DNA of 64,000 bases, taken from Actinomycetota bacterium. Lineage in GTDB: Bacteria; Actinomycetota; Actinomycetes; Mycobacteriales; SCTD01. The position numbers and the translations under genes are program-made. Shown piece by piece: positions 10,265 to 20,360 of this stretch; positions within the stretch are counted from its first letter, which is position 1, and the number at the start of each line of letters is the position of its first letter. The notes beneath the pieces were generated by a model. It was given only the letters and a program-made list of their open reading frames with translations, had not been told where the DNA came from and ran no database searches. The stretch covers positions 3,945 through 67,944 of the forward strand of contig JAWWOH010000036.1 of the NCBI GenBank assembly GCA_033851845.1, read 5' to 3'.

Positions 10265-12694
10265 GTGCCGCATCTCCCCAGCGCCGGCAAGCCCGTGCCG
10301 GTGTCGACGTACCGCGTCCAGCTGCGACCGCCGGCCTCAGACCATCCAGGGTTCGACTTCACCGACGCAGCCGCGATCGTGCCGTACCTCGCATCGCTCG
10401 GCGTGAGCCACCTGTACTGCTCACCGATCCTGCAGGCGACGCCCGGGTCGGCGCACGGCTACGACGTCGTGGACCACAGCCGGATCAATGACGAGCTGGG
10501 CGGGCAGACCGGGTTCGACGCGCTCGTCGCGTCCTGCCGCAGCGCCGGGCTCGGGCTCGTCGTCGACGTGGTGCCCAACCACATGTCGATCGCCGAGCCC
10601 GAGTCGCAGAACGCCCAGTGGTGGTCCGTCCTCCGCGACGGCCCGGCATCGCCGTACGCCGAGTGGTTCGACATCGACTGGGCGACCCGCGACAACCCCG
10701 GCAAGGTCCTTGTCCCGATCCTGGGCGGGCCGCTCGACGAGGTCCTCGACCAGCTCGAGGTAGCGGGCTCGCCCGAGGAACCGACCATCCGCTACTACGA
10801 GCACGTCCTCCCGATCGCGCCCGGCACCCTCGTCGCTGGCGACCTCGCCGCGACCCTCGGCCGCCAGCACTACCGGCTGTGCCACTGGAAGGTCGCCACG
10901 AAGGAGCTGAACTACCGGCGCTTCTTCGACGTGACGACGTTGGCAGGTGTGCGGGTCGAGGTTCCGGGCGTCTTCGACGCGACCCACGACATCGTGCTCG
11001 AGCAGGTACGCAGCGGCGCGATCGAGGGGTTGCGCATCGACCACCCGGACGGGCTGGCCGATCCGAGCGGCTACCTCGATCGGCTCGCTGATGCGACCGG
11101 CGGCAGGTGGGTCGCCGTCGAGAAGATCCTCGAGCCGGACGAGCGGCTGCCGGACAGCTGGGCCTGCGCCGGCACGACCGGCTACGACGCCATGAACCAC
11201 GTGCTCGGCCTGTTCGTCGATCCCGCCGGCGAGCACCCGCTGACCGACCTCTGGGAGTCCGTGACCGGCAGCAGCTCGCCGTACGACGACGTGGTCCTCG
11301 AGGCCAAGCGGCAGGTGGTGGCCGATGTCCTCGGTGCCGAGGTCAACCGGCTGACCGACGTCGCGCTGGCCGCGTGCGCACCGGACCCCTCGCTGCGCGA
11401 CACGAGCCGCAGTGCGCTTCGAGAGGCGGTCGCGGAGGTGCTGGTCGCCTTCGACGTCTACCGCGCCTACGTGAGCACGGACGGCCGGGCTGCCGAGGAG
11501 GCACTGGCACACGTGGTGGGCGCCGTGCAGCGCGCCAGTGCCAGGCGTCCCGACCGGGCCGCCGAGATCGAGATCGTCGGCCGGCTCGCGCTCGCGCAAG
11601 CGCCGCCCGGCCCAGCAGCAGCCGAGTTCATCATCCGATTCCAGCAGACCTGCGGCCCGGTCATGGCGAAGGGGGTCGAGGACACGGCCTTCTACCGCTA
11701 CCTGCGCCTGACCGCGCTGAACGAGGTCGGCGGCGATCCCGGCCGGTTCGGGACCTCGGTCCAGGACTTCCACAAGGCGTGCGTCGAGATGTCGGAGCAG
11801 TGGCCGGCCGCCATGACCGCGCTGTCGACCCACGACACGAAGCGGTCCGAGGACGTGCGGGCCCGACTGGTCCTGCTGTCGCAGTGCGCGGCGGACTGGA
11901 GCGAGGTCGTCAGGCGTTGGTCGGCACTGGCGGCGCCGCACCGGCAGTCGGCCGGGCCGGATGCGGTCACCGAGCAGCTGATGTGGCAGACGCTCGTCGG
12001 TGCCTGGCCGATCGACGCCGACCGACTCGTCGGCTACCTGCAGAAGGCGACCCGCGAGGCAAAGGCGCGCACCTCCTGGCTGGCGCCGGACGAGGAGTTC
12101 GAGACCGCCGTTGCCTGCTTTGCGCGTGCCGTGCTGGGCGACGCCGAGATCACGTCCGACATCGCCTCCTTCGTCGCGTCACTCGCCCCCGCATGGCACG
12201 CGACCTCACTCGCGCAGAAGCTGGTCCAGCTGACCATGCCGGGCGTCGCCGACACCTACCAGGGGACCGAGCTGCTCGACCTGTCGCTCGTCGACCCCGA
12301 CAACCGCCGGCCGGTCGACTACGCGCGACGACGCGACCTGCTGTCGGCAGCACCGCTCGATCAGGACCTCGACACCGCGAAGCTGCACATGGTGCGGACG
12401 GCATTGCGGCTCCGCCGCGAGCACCCCGACTGGTTCCTCATGCCGGGCACGTACGAGCCAGTCGCGGCCGGGCCGAGGGCGCTGGCCTTCAGCCGCATGG
12501 GTCAGGTGGTCACCGTGATCCCGACGCGGGCCGCATCGACATGTGCAGAGGGCTGGGGCGAGGAAGCCGTCGCACTCCCGCCCGGACGTTGGCACAACGT
12601 GCTGACACACGAGCCGGTGCGAGACGGCCGGCTGGCCGGGCTACTGCACGGGTTCCCGGTCGCGCTCCTCGTGCGGGCCGGAGCCGACGCGTAG
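10265..12694 (+). CDS. treY: Malto-oligosyltrehalose synthase
   Basis: STYRVQL, GSAHGYDVVD, LRIDHPDGLADP, VEKIL, STHDTKRSEDVRAR, SLVDPDNRRPVDY. Confidence 0.96.
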   Translation: MPHLPSAGKPVPVSTYRVQLRPPASDHPGFDFTDAAAIVPYLASLGVSHLYCSPILQATPGSAHGYDVVDHSRINDELGGQTGFDALVASCRSAGLGLVVDVVPNHMSIAEPESQNAQWWSVLRDGPASPYAEWFDIDWATRDNPGKVLVPILGGPLDEVLDQLEVAGSPEEPTIRYYEHVLPIAPGTLVAGDLAATLGRQHYRLCHWKVATKELNYRRFFDVTTLAGVRVEVPGVFDATHDIVLEQVRSGAIEGLRIDHPDGLADPSGYLDRLADATGGRWVAVEKILEPDERLPDSWACAGTTGYDAMNHVLGLFVDPAGEHPLTDLWESVTGSSSPYDDVVLEAKRQVVADVLGAEVNRLTDVALAACAPDPSLRDTSRSALREAVAEVLVAFDVYRAYVSTDGRAAEEALAHVVGAVQRASARRPDRAAEIEIVGRLALAQAPPGPAAAEFIIRFQQTCGPVMAKGVEDTAFYRYLRLTALNEVGGDPGRFGTSVQDFHKACVEMSEQWPAAMTALSTHDTKRSEDVRARLVLLSQCAADWSEVVRRWSALAAPHRQSAGPDAVTEQLMWQTLVGAWPIDADRLVGYLQKATREAKARTSWLAPDEEFETAVACFARAVLGDAEITSDIASFVASLAPAWHATSLAQKLVQLTMPGVADTYQGTELLDLSLVDPDNRRPVDYARRRDLLSAAPLDQDLDTAKLHMVRTALRLRREHPDWFLMPGTYEPVAAGPRALAFSRMGQVVTVIPTRAASTCAEGWGEEAVALPPGRWHNVLTHEPVRDGRLAGLLHGFPVALLVRAGADA

Positions 12695-14122
12695 CGGCCG
12701 CAGCAGCCCGTCGTGCCGTGCGGGTCGGGCCGCCTTGTCGGCGTACATCTGACCATCGGCGCGTCGCACCAGCTCGTCCAGGCTGCAGGCCTCGTCGGGG
12801 TACCAGACCTCGGCACCGATGCTCAGTCGAAGCTCGAACGGAGCACCGGAGCCGGCGTTGTGCCGCGCCAGCGCTGCCAGGACCCGCTCGCGGACGACCG
12901 CCGGGGTGCCCCCCTCGCCGAGCAGCAGCACGAACTCGTCGCCGCCGAGCCGACCGAGCACGTCCGAACTGCGCGAGCAGGTCCGCAGCACGTCCGCCGC
13001 AGCGGCGATGGCGCGGTCGCCCTCGCGGTGTCCGAGGGCGTCGTTGACCTGCTTGAGCCCGTCGACGTCGATGAAGAGCAGGCCGCGGCGCGCACTGTTG
13101 CGGCGGGCCCGCTCGATCTCGTGGTCGGCGACGGTGAACCAGCCGCGCCGGTTGTAGAGACCCGTCAGCTCGTCCGACAACGCCACGTCTCGCAGCGCGG
13201 CCTCACGCTTGCGATGGAGCACCAGCAAGGCGCTGCCGGCGATGACGAGCAGCAGCATGACGGCCGCCTGGGCGCGACGTGATGCGTCGCGCAGCGGGCC
13301 GAGGAACAGGTCCGAGTCCTGCAAGGTCATCGCCGACCAGCCGGTGCTGCCGGCGGGCGCGTAGGACGTGGTGTACGTCGTACCGCCCTCACGCACGTCG
13401 CGGATGCCGGGCCGGGATGCCGGCACGAGCGTCACCACATGCGGGAACCGCAACGGGCGGCCGACCTCTGCCGCGGTCGGTCCCGCGATCACCAACCCGC
13501 GCCCATCGACGACGTAGCCACGTCGGCCGTCCGCGTTCGCGAGCTGCTCGACGTACTTTTGCAGCTGGCCGGTGCGAAGGTCGGACAGACCGACGAGGAG
13601 TCCAAGGCCGCCCGAGGCGAGCGGGACCGGCACGGCCACCGCGACGACGGGCCGGTCACCCGAGGTCAGCACGCCGGAAACCGGCAGCGTGTGACCGCCG
13701 CTGATGACCGCGGTCCGCAACGGCTGCCAGCCCGGGTCTGTCGGGCTGGGCATGACCCGGCCGAGGGGGGCGTACATCGCCGCGGGCGTTCCCGTGGCCA
13801 CGACCAACGCCGCCCCGCCGGCCATCGCCCTCGAGCCGGCAGCGACCGATCGCAGCCGGGCGGTGTCGGCCGAGGTCCCCAGCCAGGGCTTCACCCCGGC
13901 GCGCTGCTGCGCCCCCAGGATGTCGAGGATCTCGGCGCCGGCGACCTGGGTGTACTGCCCCGTCAGCCCTGCCAGCGTCGCCTGCAGGGTCAACCGGTCA
14001 CCCCGGTGGGTGGCCTCGGCCCGCGCCCCGGCCTGATGACCGGCCCAGAGGCCCACCACACCGAGTCCGAGGACGAGCACGATCGACACGGCGAGCGACC
14101 CGTGGCGCCGGAGCTGGCGCAT
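12641..14122 (-). CDS. Membrane diguanylate cyclase (TM-Cache-like sensor-TM-GGDEF)
   Basis: DELTGLYNRRG, FIDVDGLKQVNDALGHREGD, RSSD I-site, RLGGDEF; two TM helices flank an extracytoplasmic region; ATG at 14122 preferred over ORF start 14161. Confidence 0.9.
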   Translation of the reverse strand: MRQLRRHGSLAVSIVLVLGLGVVGLWAGHQAGARAEATHRGDRLTLQATLAGLTGQYTQVAGAEILDILGAQQRAGVKPWLGTSADTARLRSVAAGSRAMAGGAALVVATGTPAAMYAPLGRVMPSPTDPGWQPLRTAVISGGHTLPVSGVLTSGDRPVVAVAVPVPLASGGLGLLVGLSDLRTGQLQKYVEQLANADGRRGYVVDGRGLVIAGPTAAEVGRPLRFPHVVTLVPASRPGIRDVREGGTTYTTSYAPAGSTGWSAMTLQDSDLFLGPLRDASRRAQAAVMLLLVIAGSALLVLHRKREAALRDVALSDELTGLYNRRGWFTVADHEIERARRNSARRGLLFIDVDGLKQVNDALGHREGDRAIAAAADVLRTCSRSSDVLGRLGGDEFVLLLGEGGTPAVVRERVLAALARHNAGSGAPFELRLSIGAEVWYPDEACSLDELVRRADGQMYADKAARPARHDGLLRPLRVGSGPHEERDREPVQ

Positions 14123-14270
14123 GCTTCCACCCAAAATTGTCCGAATGTGTCGTGTTCTCATCGACTCCCGGCGCGGTGGTCTTCAGCCCGAGGCCGAAGA
14201 TGATGCGAAGCGACCATGAGACTGCTCACGTCGTGACTACTCGCAAGGCGCGCAGGGGAGGCTGTCGGGG

Positions 14271-16022
14271 ATGACGACCTTCTCGGTGTGGGCGCCGACG
14301 GCCGAGCGCGTGGAGCTGGAGGCCGCCGGCAGCCGGCAGCCGATGGGCCGACGGGAGCGCGGCTGGTGGCAGGTGGACGTGCCCGCCGCACCGGGGACCG
14401 ACTACGGCTTCGCGCTCGACGGCGGCCCGGTGCGACCGGACCCTCGCAGCCGCTGGCAGCCGCAGGGCGTGCATGGGCCGTCGCGGGTGTACGACGACAG
14501 CGCGTTTGCGTGGACCGACCAGCAGTGGCGCGGCGTGCCCTTGCCGGGCAGCGTGCTCTACGAGCTGCACGTCGGGACGTTCACGGAGGACGGCACGTTC
14601 GACGCCGCGATCCAACGCCTCGATCACCTCGCCGGGCTCGGCGTTTCCGCCGTCGAGCTGCTGCCCTGCAACGCCTTCGCCGGCCGGTGGGGCTGGGGCT
14701 ACGACGGCGTCGGGTGGTACGCCGTGCACGAGCCGTACGGCGGCCCCGACGGCCTGAAGCGGTTCGTCGACGCCTGCCACGCGCGCGGGCTCGGCGTCGT
14801 GATGGACGTCGTCTACAACCACCTCGGTCCGGCCGGCAACTACCTGCCGGAGTTCGGGCCCTACCTCACCGACGCGCACACGACGCCGTGGGGACCTGCG
14901 GTCAACCTCGACCAGCCGCTCAGTGACGACGTACGCCGCCACATCGTCGACAACGCGATGATGTGGCTGCGCGACTACCACATCGACGGGCTGCGGCTCG
15001 ACGCCGTGCATGCCTTCGTCGACGATCGCGCGACGCACCTGATGGAGGAGCTCGCGGTCGCCGTCGAGGCGATGGGCGCACAGCTGGGCAAGCCGCTGTG
15101 GGTCATCGGCGAGAGCGACCTGAACAACGCGCGGCTGGTGACGACGCGGCTGGCCGCCGGCTTCGGCCTGAACGGTCAGTGGGCCGACGACGTGCACCAC
15201 GCCGTACATGCCCTGCTGACCGGCGAGCGAGCCGGCTACTACGGCGACTTCGGGTCACTGCCCACCCTCGCCAAAGCCCTCACCCGGGTCTTCGTCCATG
15301 ACGGGTCGTGGTCGACCTTCCGGCTGCGCTCGCACGGCCGGCCGGTGGATCCGACGACACCGGGCCATCGGTTCGTCGTCTACCTGCAGAACCACGACCA
15401 GATCGGCAACCGGGCCCTCGGCGATCGCCTCTCGGCGACCCTGTCGGACGGTCTGCTGATGGTCGGGGCCGCGCTGATCCTGACCTCGCCGTACACACCG
15501 ATGCTCTTCATGGGTGAGGAGTGGGGGGCGCGTACGCCGTGGCAGTTCTTCTCCGACCACGAGGGCGAGCTGGGCGAGTCGGTACGACGGGGACGGCGCG
15601 AGGAGTTCGCGTCGCACGGCTGGGCGACCGATGAGGTGCCGGATCCGCAGTCGCCCGCGACGTTCGCGGCGTCGAAGCTCGACTGGAAGGAGCCCGAGAG
15701 CGAGCGCGGAGCGCGGTTGCTGGAGTGGCACCGCAGCCTGATCGCGCTCCGGCGCAGCCGGCTCGACCTCAGCGACGGCCGCCGGGACCGCGTGCAGGTC
15801 ACCTACGACGAGGACGCGCGGTGGCTGGTCGTGCGCCGCGGGAGCACTGCCCTGGCCTGCAACCTCAGCGCTGAGCGCCAGGCCGTGCCGCTGCCCGGCA
15901 CCCCCGACGTCATGCTGCTCGCGTCGTCATCCGGCTTCGTGTTCCGCGACGGGTTCGTGGAGATCGACGGGGAGTCGGTGGCCGTCCTCGACCTGGTCGC
16001 CGAGGACAGCCCGACCCGGTAG
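14271..16022 (+). CDS. treZ: Malto-oligosyltrehalose trehalohydrolase
   Basis: FSVWAP, DPRSRWQPQGVHGPS, YELHVGTFT, WGYDGV, GLRLDAVHA, QNHDQIGNRA. Confidence 0.96.
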   Translation: MTTFSVWAPTAERVELEAAGSRQPMGRRERGWWQVDVPAAPGTDYGFALDGGPVRPDPRSRWQPQGVHGPSRVYDDSAFAWTDQQWRGVPLPGSVLYELHVGTFTEDGTFDAAIQRLDHLAGLGVSAVELLPCNAFAGRWGWGYDGVGWYAVHEPYGGPDGLKRFVDACHARGLGVVMDVVYNHLGPAGNYLPEFGPYLTDAHTTPWGPAVNLDQPLSDDVRRHIVDNAMMWLRDYHIDGLRLDAVHAFVDDRATHLMEELAVAVEAMGAQLGKPLWVIGESDLNNARLVTTRLAAGFGLNGQWADDVHHAVHALLTGERAGYYGDFGSLPTLAKALTRVFVHDGSWSTFRLRSHGRPVDPTTPGHRFVVYLQNHDQIGNRALGDRLSATLSDGLLMVGAALILTSPYTPMLFMGEEWGARTPWQFFSDHEGELGESVRRGRREEFASHGWATDEVPDPQSPATFAASKLDWKEPESERGARLLEWHRSLIALRRSRLDLSDGRRDRVQVTYDEDARWLVVRRGSTALACNLSAERQAVPLPGTPDVMLLASSSGFVFRDGFVEIDGESVAVLDLVAEDSPTR

Positions 16023-16185
16023 CAACGGCAAGAGGGCCTTCGACGGGCTCGCCGACGGCCGGTCAGGACACCAAATTCGGGCGATACGGGACGACCGCCC
16101 GATCCCCTCTTGTGCCGATGTGCACCCGACGTGCACTATCCGGCAACTGTTACGGATGTGACGCATGTGACGTGGGGGGATTCGG

Positions 16186-17349
16186 GTGGGGCTGTCGATC
16201 GCGGCTGTTCCGGTGCAGCGGAGCGACGATCTCGTTCCGCTCCGGGCCGATCTCGAGGTCAAGCGCGTGCTGGCCGGGATGACCGCCACCCGGCTCGTCT
16301 ACCAGCCGGTGGTCGACCTCGACCGCGGCCAGGTCGTGGGCTACGAGGTGCTGGCGCGGTTCGGCGACGCCGGACTGCGCGCGCCCGGCCCGTACCTGGC
16401 CGCCGCGGAGCGCACCGGCCGCGGCCTCGAGCTGGAGGCGCACCTGCTCGCCCAGGCGCTCGCCAGCCGCGACGCCGTACCCGACGGCTGCTTCCTCGCC
16501 GTCAACGTCTCACCCGACCGCCTCGCCAGCCCGGTCATGGCCGCCCTGCTGCGGTCGGCCGGCGACCTCACCGGACTCGTGCTCGAGCTCACCGAGCACG
16601 AGCCGGTCGACAACCTCACGGCGCTTCGCCGCCGGATCGACGGACTGCGCGACCGAGGCGCGCTGCTGGCGCTGGACGACGCGGGCGCCGGCTGGTCCGG
16701 GCTGCGGCAAGTGGCCGCGCTGCACCCCGACATCGTGAAGCTGGACCGCTCTCTGGTCAGCGAGGTCGACCGCGACGAGGTCAAGCAGGGGCTCGTCGAG
16801 CTGGTCGGCCGGTTCGTCTCGCGGCTGGGCAGTCGGCTGCTCGTCGAAGGGGTCGAGCGGCTGGAGGAGCTCGACACGGTCCGACGGCTCGGTGTCCCGC
16901 TCGCGCAGGGCTGGTTGCTGGGCCGGCCGTCCCTGCGCTGGTCTGGGCTGCCCGCGCACGTGGCCGTCGCGCTGTCCGAGCGGTCGGCGCACAACGGTCC
17001 CGGCATGCAGGTCGGAAACCTGGTGGACCGCACCGCACCGGCCGTGCGGCACATCGCGGCCATCGGCTTCCTCCCCCAGGAGCCGGCCGACGTCGTGGTC
17101 GTCGACGCGCAGCAGCGGCCGAAGCAGCTGTGGGTCCGCAACCGCGAGGCGAGCTCACCCAGCGGCTGGCTGCACCCGGTCATGGCGGTGGTCGCCGCAG
17201 AGCAGGCACCCGATGTCGTCGCGCGCGCCATGACGCGGCCGGCGCACATCCGCTTCGACCCGCTCGCATGTGTAGACGCTTCGGGCCGGTACGTCGGCCT
17301 GGTACACGTCGAGCACCTCGTCACGGCAACGGTGACGGCCGGGTCGTAG
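16186..17349 (+). CDS. EAL-domain c-di-GMP phosphodiesterase with C-terminal CBS-like region
   Basis: YQPVVD, EVLARF, ELTE, LDDAGAG, IVKLD, EGVE, QGWL; C-terminal RYVGLVHVEHL. Confidence 0.88.
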   Translation: MGLSIAAVPVQRSDDLVPLRADLEVKRVLAGMTATRLVYQPVVDLDRGQVVGYEVLARFGDAGLRAPGPYLAAAERTGRGLELEAHLLAQALASRDAVPDGCFLAVNVSPDRLASPVMAALLRSAGDLTGLVLELTEHEPVDNLTALRRRIDGLRDRGALLALDDAGAGWSGLRQVAALHPDIVKLDRSLVSEVDRDEVKQGLVELVGRFVSRLGSRLLVEGVERLEELDTVRRLGVPLAQGWLLGRPSLRWSGLPAHVAVALSERSAHNGPGMQVGNLVDRTAPAVRHIAAIGFLPQEPADVVVVDAQQRPKQLWVRNREASSPSGWLHPVMAVVAAEQAPDVVARAMTRPAHIRFDPLACVDASGRYVGLVHVEHLVTATVTAGS

Positions 17350-17398
17350 GACCATCGGGCCCTGGCCGGGGCGGCTGCTTTCGCGGCATCCTGCTCGA

Positions 17399-18025
17399 AT
17401 GCGGTCGATGCGCCTGTTCCCCGTCGCGTCCGTGCTGACCCTGGTGGCCGCGTGCGGCGGCTCCAGCCACCCCGGTGCCACCGGCACGGCTCCGCTGCCC
17501 GCCGACTCACCGTCGGGGGCGCAACCGGCCTCGCCTGCCACGACCGGCGGCCCGACGCCGCCCGCATCCCTCGCGCCGCGGCCCACCGTCACGCCGTCAC
17601 GCACGGCCGCGGCGTCATCGACCGCCAGGACGGCGGCGCCCGGGCCGGGCCGGACGACGACGCCCAGCGGGCAGCCCAGCCCGCAGCCCAGCCCGCGACC
17701 GCAAGCCAGCCCCTCGCCCAGCCCGCGGCCCAGCCCGACGAAGGCCCCCTCGCCGGCGCCGCCGCCCGGCCCGACGCGCGCGCTCGAGATGACGGCCGGC
17801 TACCGGTTCTCGCCGATGGACCTCACGATCGGCGTCGGCGACGCCGTGCGCGCGCACAACGGCGACACCATGGACCACACGTTCACCGGACCGACCTGGG
17901 ACTCGGGCAACGTCGCACCCGGTGCCTACGCACGGGTCTTCCGCTTCAACAAGGCCGGCACGTTCCGCTTCGTCTGCACCCCGCACGAGGGTCTGGGGAT
18001 GACGGGCACGCTGACGGTCCGCTAG
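17399..18025 (+). CDS. Lipoprotein with Pro-rich linker and cupredoxin (plastocyanin-like) domain
   Basis: Lipobox LVAAC; type-1 copper ligands H (DHTFT) and C-x2-H-x4-M (CTPHEGLGM). Confidence 0.85.
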   Translation: MRSMRLFPVASVLTLVAACGGSSHPGATGTAPLPADSPSGAQPASPATTGGPTPPASLAPRPTVTPSRTAAASSTARTAAPGPGRTTTPSGQPSPQPSPRPQASPSPSPRPSPTKAPSPAPPPGPTRALEMTAGYRFSPMDLTIGVGDAVRAHNGDTMDHTFTGPTWDSGNVAPGAYARVFRFNKAGTFRFVCTPHEGLGMTGTLTVR

Positions 18026-18029
18026 CAAC

Positions 18030-18065
18030 GTCGCGGCTCAGCTCCCGGTCGCGGCTCAGCTCCCG
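18030..18065. repeat. Perfect 18-bp tandem duplication GTCGCGGCTCAGCTCCCG x2
   Basis: Copies at 18030-18047 and 18048-18065; the second copy contains the stop codon of the O-methyltransferase. Confidence 0.9.
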
Positions 18066-18715
18066 ACGACCACGACCGCGAAGCCGTCGTACCCCTTGCG
18101 GCCGACGGTCTGGATCGCAGTCCCCCGCAGCCGCGGGTCGTGCGCGACGATCTCGGCGAACGCTCGGATGCCCGGCGCGCCGGCCTCCGTGGACGCCGGA
18201 TCGGCCACCGCGCCGCCGCGGACAACGTTGTCGACGACGATCACGGTCCCCGGCCTGGACAGCCGGACCGCCTCGGTGAAGTACGTCGGCGTACTCGGCT
18301 TGTCGGCGTCGATGAAGACCAGGTCGAACGTCCCGGTCAGCGCAGCCAGGGAGTCGGCCGCCGGGCCGACGCGGACCTCGACGATGTCGCTCACACCGGC
18401 GGCCTCGAGATTGGCCCGGGCGACCTCGGCGTGGTGCGGCTCGAGCTCGAGGGTGAGCAGCCGGCCGTCGGGCCCGAGGCCGCGCGCCAGCCAGATCGTG
18501 CTGTAGCCGCCGAGCGTGCCGACCTCGAGGACCGACCGCGCGCCACTGATCTGCACCAGCAGCTCGAGGAACCGGCCCTGCGCGGCCGAGACCTGAATCG
18601 CCGGCAAGCCGGCTGCCGTTGATGCCGTCAGCGCGCCCTCCAGTGCCGCGTCCTCGGGCACGAATCGGCTCTCGACCCACTCGTCGACGGCATCCCAGGT
18701 CTGCTGCGGCTCCAT
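18056..18715 (-). CDS. SAM-dependent O-methyltransferase (caffeoyl-CoA/catechol OMT-like)
   Basis: LEVGTLGGYS, FDLVFIDADK, IVVDNVVRGG, KGYDGF. Confidence 0.92.
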   Translation of the reverse strand: MEPQQTWDAVDEWVESRFVPEDAALEGALTASTAAGLPAIQVSAAQGRFLELLVQISGARSVLEVGTLGGYSTIWLARGLGPDGRLLTLELEPHHAEVARANLEAAGVSDIVEVRVGPAADSLAALTGTFDLVFIDADKPSTPTYFTEAVRLSRPGTVIVVDNVVRGGAVADPASTEAGAPGIRAFAEIVAHDPRLRGTAIQTVGRKGYDGFAVVVVGS

Positions 18716-18783
18716 GGCCGGACGCTAGCTGGTACCTGATCGGACCATCCAGCCGACCGGCCCCACGTGCCGAGGATCCAGAC

Positions 18784-19752
18784 ATGACCTCGCTGCGGAC
18801 GGGTGCGCTCGTTGCCGCCCTCGGTGTCGCGCTCGTCGCGCAGCCGGCCTCGGCTGCCGTCCGCGCCATCCCCGGCACGACCTGCACGCCGTTCCCCGCC
18901 GACAACGTGTGGCACGCCGACATCCGCACGCTGCCGGTCAACGCGCACAGCGGGCAGTGGCTCGCGCACATGTCGCCGACGCGCAAGCTCCATCCGGACT
19001 TCGGTCCTTCGTACGACGCGCAGCCGGTCCCGTACGGCATCCCGGTCACCGTCGTCGCCGGCACCCACGCCAAGGTCGGCGTGCACTTCGACTACGCGAG
19101 CGAGAGCGACCGCGGGCCGTACCCGCTCGGGTCCGACACGAAGATCGAGGGCGGTGCCGGCTCGAGCGGCGACCGGCACGCGATCGTCGTCGACAAGAGC
19201 ACCTGCCGGCTCTACGAGACGTTCGCAACCCGCAAGAGCGGCACGGCTTGGTACGCCGGATCGGGCGCGATCTGGGGCCTGGGCAGCAACGCCCTTCGCC
19301 CCCGCGGCTGGACCTCGGCGGACGCAGCCGGCCTGCCGATCCTGCCGGGCCTGCTGCGCTACGACGAGGTTGCGGCGGGCACCGTCGACCACGCCATCCG
19401 GTTCACGACGAACACGACGGATCGGCGCTACCTGTGGCCGGCGCGGCACCAGGCCGGCTCGGTGTCGGACCCGTCGTACCCGCCGATGGGCGCCCGCTTC
19501 CGGCTGAAGGCCGGCTACTCGCTGGCTGGGCTGCGACCGGACACGCAGAGCGTGCTGCGCGCGATGAAGACCTACGGGCTCATCCTCGCCGACAACGGCT
19601 CGCCGTGGTTCTTCCAGGGGACGTCCGACACGCGCTGGCCGACCGGCCTGCTCGACCAGCTGAAGGCGATTCCGGCCAGCGCCTTCGAGGCCGTCGACGA
19701 GTCGCGGCTCATGGTCAGCCCCGACAGCGGCCAGGCGCGCCGAGCGTCCTAG
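18784..19752 (+). CDS. Secreted conserved hypothetical protein
   Basis: Signal peptide ending AQPASA; motifs FPADNVW, GDRHAIVVD, GWTSADAAGLPILPGL, HAIRFT, PPMGARFRLK; ATG at 18784 (ORF track 18619). Confidence 0.8.
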   Translation: MTSLRTGALVAALGVALVAQPASAAVRAIPGTTCTPFPADNVWHADIRTLPVNAHSGQWLAHMSPTRKLHPDFGPSYDAQPVPYGIPVTVVAGTHAKVGVHFDYASESDRGPYPLGSDTKIEGGAGSSGDRHAIVVDKSTCRLYETFATRKSGTAWYAGSGAIWGLGSNALRPRGWTSADAAGLPILPGLLRYDEVAAGTVDHAIRFTTNTTDRRYLWPARHQAGSVSDPSYPPMGARFRLKAGYSLAGLRPDTQSVLRAMKTYGLILADNGSPWFFQGTSDTRWPTGLLDQLKAIPASAFEAVDESRLMVSPDSGQARRAS

Positions 19753-20360
19753 CGCAGGAACCAGGCGGCCAGGTCGGCGCCGACATGTGTCACCGCGGGT
19801 GCGGCCGGCGTACCCGATGCTCTTCGCAACTCACCCAGCACCAGCCCGACGATGAGGTCGAGCGGCACGACGTGCCAGCCGTACAGGGGAACGTGCAGCG
19901 CGGCAAAGCCGACCGCGCCAGCGACGATCGCCGCGCGTTCGTCAACGGCGGTCCGCACGGCGTCGTACAACGCACCGCGAAGGAACAGCTCCTCGGCCGT
20001 GGCCACCACTGCGACGACGACCGCCCATGACGCGAACCCGGCGGCGGCATGCATCGGCCGGCCGATCCGCATCAGCGCGACCGGTGCAGACAGCAGGACC
20101 GCCCCGGCAACGCCCCACGTCGCCGCGGACACAGATATCGGCACCCGGGTGCGGGCAGCCAGCGCCATGAGGACGAGCAGCCCCGCGAACACGAGGCCGG
20201 CGGCCGGCGACCGAGCCGGGCCCGACCCACCGACGGCGACCCGCGCCCCCACGGCGAGTGCGAACCCCAGCCCGAGAAGCACGGCCAGCAGTCCCGAGCC
20301 GCCGCGGCCGGTCTCTCGGAGCGGCGCCGGCGCGGTCGGCCGGAGCATCTCGGCTGTCAC
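19749..20360 (-). CDS. CPBP (Abi/CAAX-type) intramembrane glutamic endopeptidase
   Basis: AEELFLRG, FAALH and downstream THVGAD motifs; multiple TM helices. Confidence 0.85.
   Translation of the reverse strand: MTAEMLRPTAPAPLRETGRGGSGLLAVLLGLGFALAVGARVAVGGSGPARSPAAGLVFAGLLVLMALAARTRVPISVSAATWGVAGAVLLSAPVALMRIGRPMHAAAGFASWAVVVAVVATAEELFLRGALYDAVRTAVDERAAIVAGAVGFAALHVPLYGWHVVPLDLIVGLVLGELRRASGTPAAPAVTHVGADLAAWFLR

Noticed and set aside
17660-17770. CCCAGCCCG-type repeats
   Set aside because: Encode the Pro/Ser linker of the cupredoxin lipoprotein
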